A DNA stretch of 28,325 bases from Octopus sinensis (GCF_006345805.1 NW_021833563.1:1-28325), one strand, 5' to 3'. Positions 10,056 through 21,065 are shown, counted from the stretch's first letter. Notes: a model not told the origin generated them from the letters alone. Program-made: numbers and translations.

Positions 10056-10075
10056 GGAGAGAGAGAGAGAGAACG
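9706..10075. repeat. Composite tetranucleotide array (GATA)n-(GGTA)n-(GCTAGGTA)n-(GGAT)n-(GACG/GACA)n-(GATA)n-(GA)n
   Basis: Direct inspection. Confidence 0.95.
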
Positions 10076-10379
10076 AGACAGAGAGATGAATGGAGAGACA
10101 AGTGTGCTTATGTTTGTGTTTGTATGGTAACTGGTGTGGGATGGAAAAATCGGAGCGTCAAACAAAAGTATTTTGTGGCATTTCGTTTCTCCTTGCTTAA
10201 ATTCTTTTGCAACGGTCGACATTGTTTTTCTCCTCAGCCGTCGATAACATAAACGCCAGACGAAGGACGGTGGTCGATAGAAACAGGAAACCCTTCAAAG
10301 TGGTTCTTCTGTTTGACCATACGATTCGTGAATGAAACCAGCGAACAATACAATAAAGAATGGGTGCGTACTTGCCTCA

Positions 10380-10393
10380 GTGTGTGCGTGTGT

Positions 10394-10437
<44 letters not shown>
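10380..10437. repeat. (TG)n microsatellite
   Basis: Direct inspection. Confidence 0.95.
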
Positions 10438-10438
<1 letters not shown>

Positions 10439-11014
10439 TGGTTGTTTGCTCTTGAAAACCAGAGACTCAGGAAGAATGTTGGGTGGGAGATAAAACTGTT
10501 TCCAAAACAATGAAGAAGCCACAATGCTTTTTTTTTACTTAATTCCCCTTCTCACCCCCGTCTTTCATTTTCCTCCTTCCCATCTGCTATTATTTCTCCC
10601 TTTTTATTATCATTCACGCCCTTTGCAGCCACTTCACCCTTCTCTCCATGTGATTCCCCCACTTTATCTCTTTGTCTCTTTGTCTGTCTTCTTCCGTAGT
10701 CCATCACTAATTCATTGTTTCTCCAGCTTGGTTAGATCTTAATCTCTTAGTATCAGCCTTAAAACTATAACCAGTTAATAATCTATTGATCTTTACAATA
10801 ATATTTACAGGTTAATATTTTTCTGTAGTGTGATTGATTTTGTCTTCCTGTTTCGATTGTCCAAAGAATGTAATTATAAACTCGGTTCCAATAAATCCCA
10901 GGTGGTGGGATGTAACAATCGGTGGCCATTTTTAGTTTAGGAACTCAGTGTCGCAAATTTCGATGCTTTCTTGATAAGAAAGAAACAGTTTGAACCTAGA
11001 GTTATGAATCATTA

Positions 11015-11409
11015 GTGGAGGCACAATGGCCCAGTGGTTAGGGCAGCAGACTCGCGGTCATAGAATCGCGGTTTCGATTCCCAGACCGGGCGTTGTGAGT
11101 GTTTATTGAGCGAAAACACCTAAAAGCTCCACGAGGCTCCGGCAGGGGATGGTGGTGATCCCTGCTGTAATCTTTCACCACATCTTTCTCTCACTCTTAC
11201 TTCCTGTTTCTGTTGTACCTGTATTTCAAAGGGCCGGCCTTGTCACTCTCTGTGTCACGCTGAATATCCCCGAGAACTACGTTAAGGGTGCACGTGTCTG
11301 TGGAGTGCTCAGCCACTTACACGTTAATTTCACGAGCAGGCTGTTCCGTTGATTCGGATCAACCGGAACCCTCATCGTCGTAACCGACGGAGTGCTTCCA
11401 AAAAAAAAA
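11015..11409 (+). mobile_element. SINE family B, full length, with poly-A tail and 11-bp TSD
   Basis: Pol III A box tggcccagtgg (11027-37) and B box gtttcgattcc (11071-81); A-tail 11400-11410; TSD atgaatcatta at 11004-14 and 11410-20; near-identical copy at 27701-28085(-). Confidence 0.95.
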
Positions 11410-11733
11410 ATGAATCATTAATCATTAGTCTCATTAAAAATTTTTGAGAAATGGGTAAAGTTAAAATATTCAATAAATCCTGTTGACATGGAAATTTAGT
11501 TTTTATCTTTGGATCCCTTTCATTCCCATTCTACTCTTCTGGACCCACATAGCCCTTTCTTTTATATTTTCCTTATTAAATATTATTAGGAATTGTATAA
11601 AAATCGTTAAAATAGTTTGTGCATCGTAGGATTATAACCAGTTTATTGCCTATCAATTTTAACAACAAAACCTTCTACGGACCCCTTAAGGGCCATGTAG
11701 ACACTGGTTTAGAATCAGTAGTCTAAAGTTTCT

Positions 11734-12115
11734 TATCTACTCTAAGCACAATGTCAGGAATTTTGGGGGATTAGATCGACCCCAGTACACAAGTGGTACT
11801 TAATTTATCGACCCCGAAAGGATGAAAGACAAAGTCGACCTCAGCGGAATTTGATCTCAGAACGTGGCTGCAGACGAAATACCTATTTCTTTACTACTCA
11901 CAAGAGGCTAAACACAGAGAGGAAAAACAAGGACAGACAAATGGATTAAGTCGATTATATCGACCCCAGTGCGTAACTGCTACCTATTTAATCGACCTCG
12001 AAAGGATGAAAGGCAAAGTCGACCTCGGCGGAATTTGAACTCAGAACGTAGCGGCAGACGAAATACCGCAAAGTATTTCGCCCGGCGTGCTAACGTTTCT
12101 GCCAGCTCGCTGCTT
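11734..12115 (-). mobile_element. SINE family C dimer (full C1 monomer plus headless unit with C2 tail), 15-bp TSD
   Basis: TSD tagtctaaagtttct at 11719-33 and 12116-30; minus strand begins gcagcgagctggcagaaacgttagcacgccgggcg; internal junction aaagaaataggtatttcgtctg. Confidence 0.9.
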
Positions 12116-12528
12116 TAGTCTAAAGTTTCTAACAAAAGTATTTTCCCGGGTGAATAAACTAAAATAGCGGTGAATGGAAGTAAAAATGTGCCTTGATTCG
12201 CTTAATTACATTTCACACCTGAAGGAGACGTGCAGTTCTCTATGTGTGTGTGTGTGTGTGTGTATGTGTTTGTATGTGTGTGCGTGTGTATGTAAGAGGT
12301 CTGATTAATAAATATCTGGACTGTTGTTATAGTAACGAAGCTAAAGCATGCAGAGTGAAGCCGCTTGACACAGATTGACCTTAAAGTGTGCTGAGCATGC
12401 GCACTAAGGTTTAACGCTCCAGCTTACTTCCGCTGTTTACAGCTGTGCTTGGAAGTAATGTGTGTAGCGTGTGATCGTCGCATTGACCATGACAGAGAAA
12501 GATGTCATGGCGATACTTGCTCAGAGAC

Positions 12529-12941
12529 GCAGGAGTGGCTGTGTGGTAAGTAGCTTGCTAACCAACCACATGGTTCTGGGTTCAGTCCCACTGCGTGGAA
12601 TTTTGGGCAAGTGTCTTCTACTATAGCTCCGGGCCGACCAATGCCTTGTGAGTGGATTTGGTAGACGGAAACTGAAAGAAGCCTGTCGTATATATGTATA
12701 TATATGTATATGTATGTGTGTGTTTGTGTGTCTGTGTTTGTCCCCCTAGCATTGCTTGACAACCGATGCTGGTGTGTTTACGTCCCCGTCACTTAGCGGT
12801 TCGGCAAAAGAGACCGATAGAACAAGTACTGGGCTTACAAAGAATAAGTCCTGGGGTCAATTTTGCTCGACTAAAGGCGGTGCTCCAGCATGGCCGCAGT
12901 CAAATGACTGAAACAAGTAAAAGAGTAAAATAGAGTAAAAG
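12529..12941 (+). mobile_element. SINE family A, full length, inserted in mariner transposase; 6-bp TSD
   Basis: A box tggctgtgtggt (12536-47), B box gggttcagtccc (12578-89), CORE-like tgggcaagtgtcttctactatagc, internal TA/TG tract, gtaaaa(g/t)a tail; agagac at 12523-28 and 12942-47. Confidence 0.95.
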
Positions 12942-13306
12942 AGAGACCTACGCGAAGTTGGAGAAAGTGTATGGAGATGAGTGCATGAGCCGCACGCAAA
13001 TGTACGAGTGGTTGAAACGTTTCCAAGATGGCCGAAAAAATGTCGATATTGACGAACGTTCTGAGAGACCCGCAACCAACAGAACTGTGAAAAACATCGC
13101 AGATGTGCGTGCAGCTGTGAGGGGAAATCGTCGAATCACCATCCGTGAATCAGAGGATGTGCAGATTATTAACGGTTCAGTTCAGTCCAGTCCATTGTCT
13201 ACCAAGTTTGTACCAAAATTGCTTTCAGCTGACCAAAAAGACACTCGAGTTTCAGTTGCAGAAAATCTCCTTGATTGTGTCGAGAACGATGAAACCTTTT
13301 TGAAAA
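12942..13306 (+). pseudogene. Mariner transposase N-terminal (HTH) relic
   Basis: ETYAKLEKVYGDECMSRTQMYEWLKRFQDGR...ERPAT...NRRITIRE...KFVPKLLSADQK...FLKT matches the mariner N-terminal layout (RSGRP-like motif, FVP variant of WVP); no catalytic domain. Confidence 0.9.
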
Positions 13307-14189
13307 CTTTGCGTAGGGCTCTGAGCAGGTATTGTCAAGCTTTTGACAAAATTTGATGCAGATTCTCTGCTCAACTTTCTTTGTCATGGTCTATGCGGCG
13401 ATTACACGCTACACACCTTCCTTCCAAGCACTGCTATAAACAGTAGAAGTGAGCTGGAATGTTAAAACTTGGTGCGCCTGCACAGCAGAGTTTAAGGTCA
13501 ATCTGTGCCGAGCTGTTTTACTTTGCGTGCTTTAGTTTCGTTACTATGACAACAGTCCGGATACTTATTGAACTGACCAGGTATGCTAACACATGTCTAT
13601 AATTGCTGCTGGTTATTTTGTGTCGCTGTGATCGATGAACACAAATCAATAAACAAAGAACTCATTCAAAAGAGGTTCTTGGATTGATAGGATTGACTAA
13701 AACTCTGATTGACTGTTGTTTAATGACTGAAAACGAACAGAGACTGAAGCGAATATACAACACATACAACATGCCTGAACAGGAATGTTATATACATTTA
13801 TACACTAGTATAAACATACTTGAATATCTAAACACTGGTGTACACATACGCACAATTTTTTTCCTAATATTCTATTAAACAAACCGCCCAGTCATCTTTT
13901 CCTAAAGCACCCAGCCGCCTTTTCAGAGGAATAGCTTTCACTATTCCGTGAAAAGACCCATCAATCACTGCTAACTTTTCTCCAAACTTCCTTTATTTAG
14001 AATGACTAATCTGCGATGGAAATCTTTTTCGTAATCTCTTTCAGTTAAGGTTTTCATGAATTTGATAAACGGTTTCGTTATCACACCACCTCGAAAGTTT
14101 TAATATAATAATCCGTCCCAAATTCGCAAAGATCGACAAAAACTGTTCTTTGTGCAGAGCCAACAATCGTTGACCTACTGTGTGTGGAA

Positions 14190-14403
14190 CTGCTTTGGGA
14201 ACTTGGCGCAGTTTGCTCGACCTGCTAGAAATAGCAGTTAAAATTCCCCCGTCTACACTTGCACCGTTTTAAACATGAAAAGAGGCATTGAATAATGTAG
14301 ATTAGATACACAATATCTGCAAAAATAAAACAGGATGGTCATGGATGGAACAGCACCAGTAATTCTGCTCAATGAGGGTAGACCTGGAGTTAAACAACAA
14401 CAA
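14190..14403 (+). mobile_element. Old SINE-like family D copy
   Basis: Core gctcgacctgctagaaatagcag recurs degenerately at about 20875, 21255, 21495, 21695, 22545 and 23650(-); tail cctggagttaaacaacaac is also seen at about 21625. Confidence 0.6.
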
Positions 14404-14725
14404 GAGCTTGCTGCAGAGTGTTGTTTTCTTTTACTGTTCCAGATGGCAGCAAAATCTCTCCTTAGAAAAGAACGTTAGATTGCAAGAAGATCTCTTCGCA
14501 TAAAGTTCAGCCTTAACAAGGAAATAGAACAATAGTTAATCAGAAGACGTAGGAAAATTACATAAATTACGAAATCATGAGCCTCGCTAGTGAGTGCGTT
14601 CATATAGTGGAAATTAGTTATCCGTAAAAGTACCTGGCATAGAAATGTGAGTGTTCAGCTCACGATCCTTGATCCTTGGCTCAAATCTTGAGCTAAGGTG
14701 TTTCCATTTTACATTATCACGCAGG

Positions 14726-14868
14726 TTAGCGGCATTTCGCCCGTCTTTACGTTCTGAGTTCAAATTCCGCCGGGACTGGCATAAGTACCAGTTGAGCACT
14801 GGGGTATCGATTTAATCAACCAGCCCGCCCCTCAAACTGCTGGCCTTGTGCCAAAATTTGAAGCCAAT
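14726..14868 (+). mobile_element. SINE family C fragment with internal deletion and C2 tail
   Basis: ttagcggcatttcgcccgtctttacgttctgagttcaaattccgcc...taagtaccagttgagcactgggg...ggccttgtgccaaaatttgaa. Confidence 0.8.
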
Positions 14869-15161
14869 ATTTCTTTGCTGTGATAGTTTCGCCAGGATTC
14901 AGTAAATAGTTGTGGATGATTCCATTTGCAGGCCACCACATAGCAATTGGACGCTTATTTTTATGCAGCTTCGGTTTGTGACGGTGTCTTGATGTTTTGT
15001 CTCAGTCTACTTCCTTCATGGAACGGCGTTAGTTTTTGTATAGAATCCATTTTTCTTCATGAATCCCAACGCGATCAAGAAATGGAACGCTTTTATTGTC
15101 AAAAACCAAAAGTGCAGAAAACACTTAGCACGGTGCATTTTCTTCCGTTTGTGAAACGCCC

Positions 15162-15574
15162 ATTTACTCTTTTACCCTTTTACTTGTTTCAGTCATTTGA
15201 CTGCGGCCATGCTGGAGCACCGCCTTTAGTCGAGCAAATTGACCCCAGGACTTATTCTTTGTAAGCCTAGTACTTATTCTTTCGATGTCTTTTGCCGAAC
15301 CGCTAAGTTACGGGGACGTAAACACACCAGCATCGGTTGTCAAGCGATGTTGGGGGGGGGGAGACAACGAACACACAAACACACACACACACATATATAT
15401 ATACATATATACGACGGGCTTCTTTCAGTTTCCGTCTACCAAATCCACTCACAAGGCTTTGGTCGGCCCGAGGCTATAGTAGAAGACACTTGCCCAAGGT
15501 GCTACGCAGTGGGACTGAACCCGGAACCATGTGGTTGGTAAGCAAGCTACTTACCATACAGCCACTCCTACGCC
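15162..15574 (-). mobile_element. SINE family A, full length
   Basis: Reverse complement starts ggcgtaggagtggctgtatggtaagtagcttgcttacc and matches 12529-12941 throughout; no clear TSD. Confidence 0.95.
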
Positions 15575-16117
15575 TGTATATTTGTCGAACTTTTTTGACT
15601 TCACAGTGAGGAGTAAATGTTAAAAGGTCAACGTTGAGTTCTTCTGCAATCTATTGGGTATTTCTAGTGGTTCCCCTTCAATAGCGACTTTCGATTAATT
15701 ACTGTCAATCGCAGAAGTGTATCTGTGATTTCCTTCATATTCGTGGCTGCCATTTTTTTTTTATTCTTGCAGGAACAAAGAAAAAGAAAAAGAAATGATT
15801 CGATTTTTTTTTGTATGACTAAAACTGGAAAGTAAAGCAGTAAAAACTGATCGCAATATCCACGAAGTTGGTGGGGTGCGGAGCATCAACGAATGTACAA
15901 ATCAACATTGGGATCGCTTTTATCAAAACCTTGTTCAGTAAAAGCCAGTCCTGGTGTAAAAGACAAAAGCAACTTCTCTCACCGGTTTCTGAAGGGAAAA
16001 TGAGATTTGTTTTACTTTTTCTATTGTAAACGATGAATACATTCAACGACGACTATATCGTGGCTTCTGCTCTTATATCAGTCACGTGTAATGATTATAG
16101 CAACGTAATAGCAGTCA

Positions 16118-16533
16118 AGGCGGCGAGCTGGCAGAATCGTTGGCACGCCGGGCGAAATGCTTATCGGTATTTCGCCCGTAGCTACGTTCTGAGTTCAAAT
16201 TCCGTCGAGGCCGACTCTGCCTTTCATAATTTCGGGGTCGATAAATTAAGTACCAGTGACGCACTAGGGTCGATGTAATCGACTTAATCCGTTTGTCTGT
16301 ACTTGTTTGTCGCCTCTATATTTATCCCCTTGTGGGCAATAAAGAAATAGGTATTTCGTCTGTCGTTACGTTCTGAGTTCGAATTCCGCCAAGGTCGGCT
16401 TTGCTTTTCATCCTTTCGGAGTCGATAAATTAAGTACCAGTTACACATTGGGGCAGATGTAATCGACTTTATCCGTTTGTCTGTCCTTGTTTGTGCCCTC
16501 TATGTTTAGCCCCCTGTGGGCAATAAAGAATTA
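16118..16533 (+). mobile_element. SINE family C dimer (C1 plus headless C1), 11-bp TSD
   Basis: TSD aatagcagtca at 16107-17 and 16534-44; junction aaagaaataggtatttcgtctg as in the 11734-12115 dimer; B-box-like gagttcaaattcc. Confidence 0.9.
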
Positions 16534-17579
16534 AATAGCAGTCAGAGAATCAAGTCATAATATCAAACTATCGAGAACGCGATTACCGCCACAACACTGG
16601 CTAATTCGACTGAAGCAGAATTTCAACGGCATGAGTTGTAATAACTGAAGCATCGCATCTCCATAACTGATGCATCATAACTGATACACCATGTCATCAT
16701 AATTGTGCATCATAACTAATTCGTCATAAATGATATATCTTAAGTATACATCATATACACGTGTCAGTCTTTCGCTTGAAATTTCATGAAAGTGTGTCGT
16801 TTTGTTATCGCCAAATTCCGTTCTTAAACACAGATTGAAACTCGGAATCTTAGGCATTGTCTCTAAGTATGACCAAGTCAACCCACACCAATCAGATATA
16901 TTCAGCCTTAAATGTTTACACATTGCTCCTGCTTTTAGTTCACATTCAACGAATTTTGTTGAATGGCCAACGGCCAGGTATCAACAAATATCTGAGTCGT
17001 GTTCTCTTTTCTCTTTTTGAATTTGAAAAAGAAGTCAGTATAACCGAAGTAATCTAATTACTCAACGACAACTCCCTCGTATGTTTGGTAGCTGACCTCT
17101 GGGCAATGTTCAACCTTTTTAAATTTAGGTGGAGGACAAACTGACTCTATTCAATACTCGGATACATCTGGAGTATATACCACAGCTAGCTGAAAGCAAT
17201 CAATTGTTAACGACAAGATTTCAAATACGAAATTCCATCGCCACAAAACCACGTTCATAGAATATTAGAATTAGACGGTGACCTAAATTTTGTTCCAATC
17301 TTTTAGACTTTCATTTAATGCTTCAGTAGATTAACGAAGCTTTATATAAATGGTTCAGCTAGAAACTTATTATAGGAGGCTCAACAAGCGAAACTTCTGA
17401 CATAAAAGACAGATAGTATCGAAGGTTAAACCATCAAAGATTATCCTGTGTGAGAATGAGATAAAATTACAGTTTTTGTGCGTCAAGCTATCATCGGCAG
17501 AATGGAGATTTTTATCTAAACACTTACGCCAGATGGCACTCATCTGGAGGCACACAAGGACCGCCAGTTGGTGGTGGTG

Positions 17580-17715
17580 TCAAACCAGACGACAACTTAA
17601 ACCCACCAGTTAAGAACATATACAAGACATCCGATGAGCTTCTGTCTGCCAAATATCAGTCATAAATATCCGGGTCGCTCCGCAGCAACGGTGGAAGATA
17701 TATTTGCATCTCAGT
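17580..17715 (-). mobile_element. Highly degenerate SINE A-like core fragment
   Basis: gagcttctgtctgccaaatatcagtcataaatatccgggtcg...ggtggaagatatatttgc resembles ggcttctttcagtttccgtctaccaaatccactcacaagg...agtagaagacacttgc. Confidence 0.4.
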
Positions 17716-17984
17716 AGGATCAACGTATCCAACACATCATTAAGGCTTGTGTACTTAATTATGAATGAACTAAATAATGAATGGACTGAATTCTCCTTCA
17801 GTATTTATTGATCTCCGGCAGAAGGAGAAGAATGTGGAGGTTGTCGGTTATGGTTTATTTTTTTCTTTTGTCCTTTCGCATTTCATTGAATGATCTCAGC
17901 GTGTGCATGCTTGACAAGAAAACTGTTCACACAATAAACCATTGACACGTCCAAACATGTTTCCTTATCTTTAAATGCATTTAT

Positions 17985-18208
17985 CATCTCTCAGTCTCTC
18001 TCTCTCAGTCTCTCTCAGTCTCTCTCACTCTCTCCCTCTCTCTCGCTCTTGCTCTCCCACTCTCTCAAACACACACACACACACACATATGTCTGCATAT
18101 GTATACATATATATGTGCATACACAATATGTATATATTTACGTATTCATACGAGATGGATGCTGATGTGCATGTTTATCGCTGTGTGTTTATATACATGT
18201 GTGTGTGT

Positions 18209-18246
<38 letters not shown>

Positions 18247-18295
18247 TGTGTGTGTGTGGTGTGTGTGTGTGCAAATGTATGTTAGTATGTATGTT
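17985..18295. repeat. (CT)n, (CA)n and (TG)n microsatellite cluster
   Basis: Direct inspection. Confidence 0.9.
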
Positions 18296-18512
18296 ATGTT
18301 GCTGAGTATTGAAATGCCTGTTATGTGACCCCCTATGTATCATTAATCATGTTTCGATCAGTTTAATATTTAATGGTGAGTTTGTTACACAACTCGAATG
18401 GTCCTTTGCGGGTTTCACGCTGTTTCAAAACAATAAAATACGTTAAAACAGAACTCCTCTGCACGCGATTTAAGCTTAACCATTCTTATTCGATATTTTG
18501 GAATTTGAAACC

Positions 18513-18744
18513 TATTTCTTTATTACCCACAAGGGGCTAAACACAGAGGGGACAAACAAGGACAGACATAGGTATTAAGTCGATTACATCGACCCCAGTG
18601 CGTAACTGGTACTTAATTTATCGACCCCGAAAGGATGAAAGGCAAAGTCGACCTCGGCGGAATTTGAACTCACAACGTAACGCAGACGAAATACCGCTAA
18701 GCATTTCGCCCGGCGTGCTAACGTTTCTGCCAGCTCGCCGCCTT
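18513..18744 (-). mobile_element. SINE family C monomer, full length, 19-bp TSD
   Basis: TSD tattttggaatttgaaacc at 18494-18512 and 18745-18763; minus strand runs ggcggcgagctggcagaaacgttagcac to ccttgtgggtaataaagaaata. Confidence 0.95.
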
Positions 18745-19446
18745 TATTTTGGAATTTGAAACCACATGGCTTAAAGTGTTTCGACTGCAGCGATTCTCTT
18801 TAAAAGAAAAAGTATTTAGCCACAGATATTTAGTCTCGGATACGGTGGACTTATTATTGAACCAAGGCTGCGGTGAACCTCGACCAGTTTCATTTTAACC
18901 TGCAGGAGCAGTCAGTCTGGTGACTGGCAAACTGAAAGAAAACGTGTGCTCCCTGGATAAAGACAGGAATGTGGAAGTGTGTGTTTACTATTTAAGAACG
19001 GGGACGAGATGAAAGGACAAGGCCAGAGGATCTTGTGACAGCACATGAGCAGAAGAAGCATAGAGGTCGCAGACAGATTGACTTGTGGTCATCTTTATGC
19101 AACGGGACCGACAGGTCTTGAGCGCGAAAGTGACGCGTGACACAATTTGTTGGGCACAGTCTACACGTACATAACGATTTTGATAACATCTGAAGTTGGA
19201 CCTCATAGTGATTTAGTGTTTGATTAACCCTTATAGTTAATAATCTCTCTCCCTCCCTCCCCCCTCTCTCTCTCTATATATATATGTATAAAAATATATA
19301 TAAAAATACATAATGGGACTGGAACGCAAAACACTCAAATAGACGACACAAAAAACGGACGGGTCATTCGAAGCCTCTAATCTTCAGTCAAGAATCGGAT
19401 CATCCTCGCAATTTCGGCTGATTATATATATATATATATATACATT

Positions 19447-19648
19447 CTTTTATTTGTTTCAGTCATTTGACTGCGGCCATGCTGGAGCACTGCATTTCGT
19501 CGAACAAATCGATCCCAGGATTTATTCTTTATAAGCCTATTACTTATTTTATCGGTCTCTTTTGCCGAACCGCTACGTTACGGGGACGTAAACACACCAT
19601 CAGTTGTCAAGCGATGGTGTGGGGGAACAAACACAGACACACAAACAT
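19447..19648 (-). mobile_element. SINE family A, 3' half only
   Basis: Matches the tail portion of SINE A and ends in its internal CA/TA tract, which continues as a long (TA)n array to about 19820. Confidence 0.85.
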
Positions 19649-19649
19649 A

Positions 19650-19668
19650 TATATATACATATATATAT

Positions 19669-19702
<34 letters not shown>

Positions 19703-19727
19703 GTGTGTGTATATATATATATATTTA

Positions 19728-19821
<94 letters not shown>

Positions 19822-19890
19822 CTTACTTGGAAAAGGGTGCGTGTACATATATGTACATACCTACATATATATGTATATATACATGCATAT
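19650..19890. repeat. (TA)n/(TG)n microsatellite cluster
   Basis: Direct inspection. Confidence 0.9.
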
Positions 19891-19897
19891 ATGGGTA

Positions 19898-20100
19898 CAG
19901 GACATCAAAAACACGTTGTGGCTCGAAGAACAGTCATCAGAGTTTTACGGGGCAGGGATACATGCTCTCATTCGAAGGTAGAACATTGCGATTGAGAGAA
20001 ACGGTGACTATGTTGAGAAGTAAGGATGTGATCCACAGAGGACCAGTTTCATTTTGATGTATGATACGTGTTCCTGTGTTGGTAATTATACCTGTCCTAA
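19898..20100 (+). pseudogene. Mariner transposase extreme C-terminus plus 3' UTR relic
   Basis: Translates [40 protein letters not shown] (stop 20021-23), cf. the mariner FY.GI..L..RW..CI...GDY C-terminus. Confidence 0.8.
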
Positions 20101-20449
20101 ACACATACATACACACACGTACATATATACACAAATATATATACACGTGCATACACATATGTATACAGTCCTACACACTTGCACATACACACGCAAACAA
20201 ACACATACATACATTCATACTTACATACTCACATACACTTGCTTACATATATACATACGCACGCATACACACGCATACATACATATACATACATACATAC
20301 ATACATACATACAAGCATGCATGCATACATACATATATATACATACATATACACATACAAACATATACACATAAATACATACATACTTAGATACATGCGT
20401 ATATACCTAAATGTATACACGTATACATACATACATAATACATACATAT

Positions 20450-20514
<65 letters not shown>

Positions 20515-20640
20515 GTACATACATGCATACATACATGCATGCATACATACATACATGCATACACGCATATACTCATACGTACATACACACATACACATAC
20601 ATATATACATACATACATACATACATACATGCACACACAC

Positions 20641-20683
<43 letters not shown>

Positions 20684-20690
20684 TACATTA
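20100..20690. repeat. Long degenerate (CATA)n/(CA)n/(TA)n array
   Basis: Direct inspection; source of the many HTYI/VCMY ORFs. Confidence 0.95.
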
Positions 20691-21065
20691 GGTGAAGAAG
20701 CTCCTTTCAAATGTTTTCAGGATGTAAAAGCGTGATCGTCGGCAACTGGTGATTCTGTCATTGTGCTTCCTCTATTCACTGGCAGAGGGCGTCGTATGCA
20801 CCTGTTCTGTCTACCACACCAGGACAATAATTATAAAGGTGACCCATTGTTGGAGCCTGCATACCTCTGTGTTGTAGCTCGACCCACAAAGAATAGTAAC
20901 CAAATTACCTCAAAATTTGGTTGTCTTCAAAAGGCAAGGAGGTGGATAAATGTATCGGAGAGTAATTTTGTTGACGTGTTGTGTGAGAACAAAATGGCGC
21001 TGGATCATGGAGGAATCGTCTTGGATGACAGGACTGCTAAGTCAAGACTAACCCGAGGTTCAATA

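Larger units (their letters stand above)
12295..13581. mobile_element. Non-autonomous mariner with two inverted 5' ends (fold-back), interrupted by SINE A
   Basis: TA at 12293-94 and 13582-83; 12295-12501 aligns without gaps to the reverse complement of 13375-13581; each arm leads into a transposase ATG (12489 +, 13387 -). Confidence 0.88.

Noticed and set aside
10257-10284. cagacgaaggacggtggtcgatagaaac as a hammerhead
   Set aside because: Core reads CAGACGA instead of CUGANGA, with extra bases before GAAAC and no stem I; at most a decayed relic.
11015-11090. tRNA-like A and B boxes (also 12529-12595, 16118-16205)
   Set aside because: No complete cloverleaf; each continues into a repeated body with tail and TSD, so these are SINE heads rather than tRNA genes.
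11149-11352. Near-identical 67-aa ORFs at 11149(+) and 27749(-) suggesting a duplicated small gene
   Set aside because: Both lie wholly within SINE B copies; the similarity is that of the SINE.
15830-16000. Minus-strand splice-acceptor-like sites (ttttcccttcag, cttttacaccag) suggesting an exon
   Set aside because: Only weak donors or a 6-nt microexon, and no recognisable peptide; such motifs are common by chance in AT-rich DNA.
19355-19422. Minus-strand CTGAAGA...CGAA and cagccgaaat as further hammerheads
   Set aside because: GAA is followed by U and stems I and II do not form convincingly; it may be another Penelope-like fragment cut by the TA array, but this is unsupported.
20061-20735. 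Many ORFs rich in HT/YI/VC dipeptides (also at 1820-2668, 4440-4795, 18099-18343, 25502-25947)
   Set aside because: They are translations of CA/TA/TG microsatellites that happen to lack stops.
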